From the NCBI GenBank assembly GCA_964016885.1, contig OZ024744.1:18786001-18850000 (forward strand): DNA of 64,000 bases, read 5' to 3'. Below are positions 57,601 through 64,000 of this stretch, in pieces; the stretch's first letter is position 1, and every line of letters begins with the position of its first letter. The notes under the pieces were generated by a model that saw only the letters and a list, made by a program, of their open reading frames with translations, was not told where the DNA came from and made no database searches. A program made the translations under genes and the position numbers. This DNA is from Eledone cirrhosa (Eukaryota).

Positions 57601-58000
57601 ATGTGTCACTGTGTATGTCACTGTGTGTTTCTGTATGTCTGTGTCACTGTGTATATCACTGTGTGTTTCTGTATATCTGTGTCTCTGTGCATGTCACTGT
57701 ATCTTTGTGTATGTCTGGGTCACTGTGTATGTAACTGTATATTTGTGTATGTCTGTGTCACGGTGTATATCACTGTATGTTTGTGTATGTCTGTGTCACT
57801 GTGTATGTCACTGTATGTTTCTGTATGTCTGTGTCACTGTGTATATCAATGTGTGTTTCTGTATCTCTGTGTCACGGTGTATGTCACTGCATGTTTGTGT
57901 ATGTCTGTGTGACTGTGTATGTCTCTGTGTGTTTCTGTATGGCTGTGTCACTGTGTATGTCACTGTATCTTTGTGTATGTCTGTGTCACTGTGTATGTCA
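40300..58000 (+). repeat. Tandem duplication of about 10 kb (about 40.3-49.6 kb vs about 50.1-58.0 kb) with internal indels
   Basis: ORF pairs 40441/50265 (9824), 41296/51170 (9874), 42240/52240 (10000), 43661/53775 (10114), 45830/55595 (9765), 48312/56689 (8377), 49543/57919 (8376). Markers atccctg (44041/54155), ctttgggtatg and tgtacgtgtctc occur in both copies. Confidence 0.82.
45560..47700 (+). repeat. Tandem duplication, 1311-bp period
   Basis: ORF pairs 45642/46953, 45830/47141, 45934/47245 and 46162/47473. The private marker gcctgagtc (a at 45771 and 47082) and gcatcattg occur in both copies. Confidence 0.88.
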
Positions 58001-58059
58001 CAGTGTGTTTCTGTATGTCTGTGTCACTGTCTATGTCACTGTATGTTTCTGAATGTCTG

Positions 58060-58340
58060 TGTCACTGTGTATGTCACTGTGTGTTTCTGTATGTCTGTGT
58101 CACGGTGTATGTCACTGTATGTTTGTGTGTGACTGTGTCACTGTGTATGTCACTGTGTGTTTGTGTATGTCTGTGTCACTGTATGTTTCTGTATCTCTGT
58201 GTCACTGTGTATGTCACTGTGTGTTTCTGTATGTCTGTGTCACGGTGTATGTCACTGTATGTTTGTGTGTGACTGTGTCACTGTGTATGTCACTGTGTGT
58301 TTGTGTATGTCTGTGTCACTGTATGTTTCTGTATGTCTAT
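58060..58340 (+). repeat. 140-bp (3x38+26) tandem duplication
   Basis: gtgtttctgtatgtctgtgtcacggtgtatgtcactgtatgtttgtgtgtgactg starts at both 58081 and 58221. Confidence 0.85.
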
Positions 58341-58674
58341 GTCACTGTGTATGTCATTGTATCTTTGTGTATGTCTGTGTCACTGTGTATGTCACAGTAT
58401 GTTTCTGTAAGTTTGTGTCACTGTGTATGTCACTGTGTGTTTCTGTATGTCTGTGTCTCTGTGCATGTCACTGTATGTTTCTGTATGTCTGTTTCACTGT
58501 GTATGTCACTGTGTCATTATGTATGTATGTGTCACTCTGTATGTCACTGTATATTTCTGTATGTCTGTGTCACTGTGTATATCACTGTATGTTTCTGTAT
58601 GTCTGTGTCACTGTGTATGTCACTGTGTGTCTCTGTATGGCTGTGTCACTGTGTATGTCACTGTATCTTTGTGT

Positions 58675-59110
58675 ATGTCTGTGTCACTGTGTATGTCACA
58701 GTGTGTTTCTGTATGTCTGTGTCACTGTCTATGTCACTGTATGTTTCTGAATGTCTGTGTCACTGTGTATGTCACTGTGTGTTTGTGTATGTCTGTGTCA
58801 CTGTATGTTTCTGTATGTCTGTGTCACTGTGTATGTCACAGTGTGTTTCTGTATGTCTGTGTCACTGTCTATGTCACTGTATGTTTCTGAATGTCTGTGT
58901 CACTGTGTATGTCACTGTGTGTTTGTGTATGTCTGTGTCACTGTATGTTTCTGTATGTCTGTGTCACTGTGTATGTCACAGTGTGTTTCTGTATGTCTGT
59001 GTCACTGTCTATGTCACTGTATGTTTCTGAATGTCTGTGTCACTGTGTATATCACTGTGTGTTTGTGTATGTCTGTGTCACTGTATGTTTCTGTATGTCT
59101 GTGTCACTGT
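58675..59110 (+). repeat. 140-bp (3x38+26) unit repeated three times in tandem
   Basis: The marker ttctgaatg has its gaat at 58749, 58889 and 59029; ORF starts fall at 58751, 58891 and 59031. Confidence 0.9.
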
Positions 59111-60114
59111 GTATGACATTGTATCTTTGTGTATGTCTGTGTCACTGTGTATGTCACTGTATGTTTCTGTATCTTTGTGTCACTGTGTATGTCACTGTGT
59201 GTTTCTGTATGTCTGTGTCTCTGTGTATGTCACTGTATGTTTCTGTATGTCTGTTTCACTGTGTATATCACTGCTTCTTTATGTATGTCTGTGTCACTCT
59301 GTATGTCACTGTATATTTCTGTATGTCTGTGTCACTGTGTATGTCACTGTATGTTTCTGTATGTCTGTGTCACTGTGTATGTCACTCTATGTTTCTGTAT
59401 GTCTGTGTCACTGTGTATGTCACTGTATCTTTGTGTATGTCTGTGTCCCTGTGTATGTCACTGTATGTTTCTGTATGTTTGTGTCACTGTGTATGTCACT
59501 GTGTGTTTCTGTATGTCTGTGTCACTGTGTATGTCACTGTGTGTTACTGTATGTTTGTGTCACTGTGTATGTCACTAAATGTTTGCGTGTGTCTGTGTCA
59601 CTGTGTATGTCACTGTGTGTTTCTGTATGTCTGTGTGACTGTGTATGTCACTGTGTGTTTCTGTATGTCTGTGTCACTGTATGTTTCTGTATGTCTGTGT
59701 CACTGTGTATGTCACTGTGTGTTTCTGTATGTATGTGTCACCGTGTATGTCACTGTATCTTTGTGTATGCATGTGTCACTGTGTATGTCACTGTGTGTTT
59801 CTGTATGTTGTGTCACTGTGTATGTCACTAAATGTTTGTGTGTGTCTGTGTCTCTGTGTATGTCACTGTGTGTTTGCGTGTGTCTGTGTCACTGTGTATG
59901 TCACTGTGTGTTTCTGTATGTCTGTGTGACTGTGTATGTCACTGTTTGTTTGTGTATGTCTGTGTCACTGTGTGTGTTTCTGTATGTCTGTGTCACTGTG
60001 TATGTCATTGCATCTTTGTGTATGTCTGTCTCACTCTGTATCTCACTGTGTGTTTCTGCATGTCTGTGTCACTGTGTATGTCAGTGTGTTTCTGTATGTC
60101 TGTGTTACTGTGTA

Positions 60115-61700
60115 TGTCACTGTATGTTTCTGTATGTCTGTTTCACTGTGTATATCACTGTGTGTTTCTGTATGTCTGTGTCACTGTATATGTCACTGTA
60201 TCTTTGTGTATGCCTGTGTCACTGTCTATGTCACTGTATGTTTCTGTATGTCTGATTCACTGTGTATGTCACCGTATATTTGTGTATGTCTGTGTCACTC
60301 TGTATGTCACTGTGTGTTTCTGTATGTCTATGTCACTATGTGTGCCACTGTATATTTGTGTTGTCTGTGTCATTGTGTATGTCACTTGGTGTTTCTGTAT
60401 GTCTGTGTCACTGTGTATGACACTGTGTCTTTCTGTATGTATGTATCACTGTGTATGTCACTGTGTGTATCTGTATGTCTGTGTCACTGTGTAAGTCATT
60501 GTATCTTTATGTATGTCTGTGGCACTCTGTATGTCGTTGTGTGTTTGTGTATGTATGTGTCTCTGTGTATGTCACTGTATATTTGTGTATGTATGTGTCA
60601 CTGTGTATGTCACTGTGAGTTTCTCTACGTCTGTGTCACTGTGTATGTCACTGTATGTCTCTGTATGTCTGTGTCACTGTCTATGTCACTGTATCTTTGT
60701 GTATGTCTGTGTCACTGTGTATGTCACTGTGTGTTTATGTATTTCTGTGTATCTGTGTATGTCACTGTATCTTTGTGTATGTCTGCGTCACTGTGTATGT
60801 CACTGTGTGATTCTTATGTCTGTGTCACTGTGTATGTCGCAGTGTGTTTCTGTATATATGTGTCTCTGTGTATGTCAATGTATCTTTGTGTATGTCAGTG
60901 TCACTGTGTGTTTCTGTATGTCTGTGTCACTGTGTATGTCACTGTATGTTTGTGTGTGTCTGTGTCACTGTGTATGTCACTGTGTGTTTGTGTATGTCTG
61001 TGTCACAGTATGTTTCTGTATGTCTGTGTCACTGTGTATGTCACTGTTTGTTTCTGTATGTATGTGTCACTGTGTATGTCACCGTATGTGTGTGTATGTC
61101 TGTGTCACGGTGTATGTCACTGTATATTTGTGTATGCCTGTGTCACTGGGTATGTCACTGTGTGTTTTTGTATGTCTGTGTCACAGTGTATGTCACTGTA
61201 TGTTTGTGTGTGTCTGTGTCACTGTGTATGTCAATGTCTCTGTGTGTTTCTGTATGTCTGTGTCTCTGTGTATGTCACTGTATCTTTGTGTATGTATGTG
61301 TCACTGTGTATGTCACTGTGTGTTTCTGTATGTCTGTGTCACTGTGTATATCACTGTGTGTTTCTGTATATTTGTGTCTCTGTGTATGTCACTGTATCTT
61401 CGTGTATATCTGGGTCACTGTGTATGTCACTGTATACTTGTGTATGTCTGTGTCACGGTGTATATCACTGTATGTTTGTGTATGTCTGTGTCACTGTGTA
61501 TGTCACTGTATGTTTCTGTATGTCTGTGTCACTGTGTATATCAATGTGTGTTTCTGTATCTCTGTGTCACGCTGTATGTCACTGCATGTTTGTGTATGTC
61601 TGTGTGACTGTGTATGTCACTGTGTGTTTCTGTATGGCTGTGTCACTGTGTATGTCACTGTATCTTTGTGTATGTCTGTGTCACTGTGTATGTCACAGTG
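60115..61700 (+). repeat. Dispersed copy of about 27240-28830 (offset 32874)
   Basis: ORF ends/starts 27620/60494, 28733/61607 and 28740/61614. Rare variants ctatgtgtgccac, ttcttatgtc (1-bp deletion) and tcagtgtcac are shared. Confidence 0.8.
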
Positions 61701-64000
61701 TGTTTCTGTATGTCTGTGTCACTGTGTATGTCACTGTATGTTTGTGTGTGTCTGTGTCACTGTGTATGTCAATGTCTCTGTGTGTTTCTGTTTGTCTGTG
61801 TCTCTGTGTATGTCACTGTATCTTTGTGTATGTATGTGTCACTGTGTATGTCACTGTGTGTTTCTGTATGTCTGTGTCACTGTGTATATCACTGTGTGTT
61901 TCTGTATATCTGTGTCTCTGTGTATGTCACTGTATCTTTGTGTATGTCTGGGTCACTGTGTATGTCAATGTATATTTGTGTATGTCTGTGTTACGGTGTA
62001 TATCACTGTATGTTTGTGTATGTATGTGTCACTCTGTATGTCACTGTATATTTCTATATGTCTGTGTCACTGTGTATATCACTGTATGTTTCTGTATATC
62101 TGTGTCACTGTGTATGTCACTGTGTGTTTCTTATGGCTGTGTCACTGTGTATGTCACTGTATCTTTGTGTATGTCTGTGTCACTGTGTATGTCACAGTGT
62201 GTTTCTGTATGTCTGTGTCACTGTCTATGTCACTGTATGTTTCTGAATGTCTGTGTCACGGTGTATATCACTGTGTTTGTGTATGTCTGTGTCACTGTAT
62301 GTTTCTGTATGTCTGTGTCACTGTGTATGTCACTGTGTGTTTCTGTATGTCTGTGTCACTGTGTATGACATTGTATCTATGTGTATGTCTGTGTCACTGT
62401 GTATGTCACTGTATGTTTCTGTATGTTTGTGTCACTGTGTATGTCACTGTGTGTTTCTGTAGGTCTGTGTCTCTGTGTATGTCACTGTATGTTTCTGTAT
62501 GTCTGTTTCACTGTGTATGTCACTGTGTCTTTATGTATGTCTGTGTCACTCTGTATGTCACTGTATATTTCTGTATGTCTGTGTCACTGTGTATGTCACT
62601 GTATGTTTCTGTATGTCTGTTTCACTGTGTATGTCACTGTGTCTTTATGTATGTCTGTGTCACTCTGTATGTCACTGTATATTTCTGTATGTCTGTGTCA
62701 CTGTGTATGTCACTGTATGTTTCTGTATGTCTGTGTCACTGTGTATGTCACTGTATCTTTGTGTATGTCTGTGTCCCTGTGTATGTCACTGTATGTTTCT
62801 GTATGTTTGTGTCACTGGGTATGTCACTGTGTGTTTCTGTATGTCTGTGTGACTGTGTATGTCACTGTGTGTGTGTGTATGTCTGTGTCACTGTATGTTT
62901 CTGTATGTCTGTGTCACTGTGTATGTCACTGTGTGTTTCTGTATGTATGTGTCACCGTGTATGTCACTGTATCTTTGTGTATGCCTGTGTCACTGTGTAT
63001 GTCACTGTGTGTTTCTGTATGTTTGTGTCACTGTGTATGTCACTAAATGTTTGTGTGTGTCTGTGTCACTGTGTATGTCACTGTTTGTTTGTGTATGTCT
63101 GTGTCACTGTGTATGTCATTGCATCTTTGTGTATGTCTGTGTCACTGTGTATGTCACTGTGTGTTTCTGTATGTCTGTGTCACTGTGTATGTCACTGTAT
63201 GTTTCTGTATGTCTGTTTCACTGTGTATGTCACTGTATATTTGTGTATGTCTGTGTCACTCTGTATGTCACTGTGTGTTTCTGTATGTCTATGTCACTAT
63301 GTATGCCACTGTATATTTGTGTTGTCTGTGTCATTGTGTATGTCACTGGGTGTTTCTGTATGTCTGTGTCACTGTGTAAGTCATTGTATCTTTGTGTATG
63401 TCTGTGGCACTCTGTATGTCGTTGTGTGTTTCTGTATGTATGTGTCTCTGTGTATGTCACTGTATATTTGTGTATGTATGTGTCACTGTGTATGTCACTG
63501 TGAGTTTCTCTACGTCTGTGTCACTGTGTATGTCACTGTATGTCTCTGTATGTCTGTGTCACTGTCTATGTCACTGTATCTTTGTGTATGTCTGTGTCAC
63601 TGTGTATGTCACTGTGTGTTTATGTATTTCTGTGTCTCTGTGTATGCCACTGTATCTTTGTGTATGTCTGCGTCACTGTGTATGTCACTGTGTGTTTCTG
63701 TATGTCTGTGTCACTGTGTATGTCGCAGTGTGTTTCTGTATGTTTGTGTCACTGTGTATGTCACTAAATGTTTGTGTGTGTCTGTGTCTCTGTGTATGTC
63801 ACTGTTTGTTTGCGTGTGTCTGTGTCACTGTGTATGTCACTGTGTGTTTCTGTATGTCTGTGTGACTGTGTATGTCACTGTGTGTTTGTGTATGTCTGTG
63901 TCACTGTATGTTTCTGTATGTCTGTGTCACTGTGTATGTCACTGTGTGTTTCTGTATGTATGTGTCACCGTGTATGTCACTGTATCTTTGTGTATGCCTG

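Larger units (their letters stand above)
1..64000 (+). repeat. Tandem satellite/macro-minisatellite array, 38-bp monomer (GTCACTGTGTAT + GTCACTGTRTGTTTCTGTATGTCTGT), roughly 1,700 monomers, running off both window ends
   Basis: The motif tgtcactgtgtatgtcactgt(g/a)tgtttctgtatgtctg recurs continuously from base 1 to 64000; an exact consensus copy (phase-shifted) is at 447-484. Length variants include 26-mers (12-bp subunit lost), 37-mers (1-bp deletion) and +/-2 bp TG slippage. I saw no unique sequence, inversion or insertion of foreign DNA. Copy number is estimated as 64000 divided by about 37. Confidence 0.98.

Noticed and set aside
12-63865. Hundreds of long Cys/Val/Ser-rich + strand ORFs (up to 1131 aa) resembling metallothionein, keratin-associated or membrane proteins
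   Set aside because: They overlap in all three frames, encode the same cyclic 38-aa repeat, have no unique domain, and follow directly from a stop-free 38-bp monomer. Not called as CDS.
1-64000. CRISPR-like array (constant repeat plus variable spacer)
   Set aside because: The variable parts are point variants of the same monomer rather than unique spacers, and there is no leader or cas gene.
1-64000. Telomeric repeat, G-quadruplex or pUG-fold array
   Set aside because: There are no TTAGGG-like units, GG runs are rare variants, and uninterrupted (TG)n never approaches 12 repeats.
1-64000. Assignment as centromeric, subtelomeric or germline-eliminated satellite of a named family or species
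   Set aside because: I recognise no CENP-B box, flanking unique sequence or known consensus. This would need a database search and cytogenetic or coverage data.
1-64000. Functional immunoglobulin/TCR locus implied by the RSS-like motifs
   Set aside because: No V, D or J coding segments lie next to the heptamers; units abut directly. It is kept only as a cryptic-RSS hypothesis.

Overview
The whole 64-kb window is one uninterrupted, single-orientation tandem satellite array, most likely eukaryotic; the taxon cannot be determined from the sequence. The consensus monomer is 38 bp, TGTCACTGTGTA-TGTCACTGTGTGTTTCTGTATGTCTG (12-bp + 26-bp subunits), and looks like a degenerate (TG)n microsatellite with T at 17 of 19 alternate positions. 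I see no credible gene, RNA gene, transposon or CRISPR array. The many Cys/Val-rich + strand ORFs are a by-product of a stop-free monomer whose length is not a multiple of 3. Diagnostic variant monomers show nested higher-order structure, with duplication offsets of about 140, 292, 303, 1311, 1531, 2116, 4321-4405, 7.7-7.8 kb, 9.8-10.1 kb, 12264 and 32874 bp. The most notable observation is that the monomer read on the minus strand parses exactly as CACAGTG + 22 bp + ACAGAAACA, a head-to-tail array resembling V(D)J recombination signal sequences. This may be a chance consequence of CA-rich composition and needs testing. Offsets were derived by eye from matching ORF starts and marker motifs, and block boundaries are approximate.
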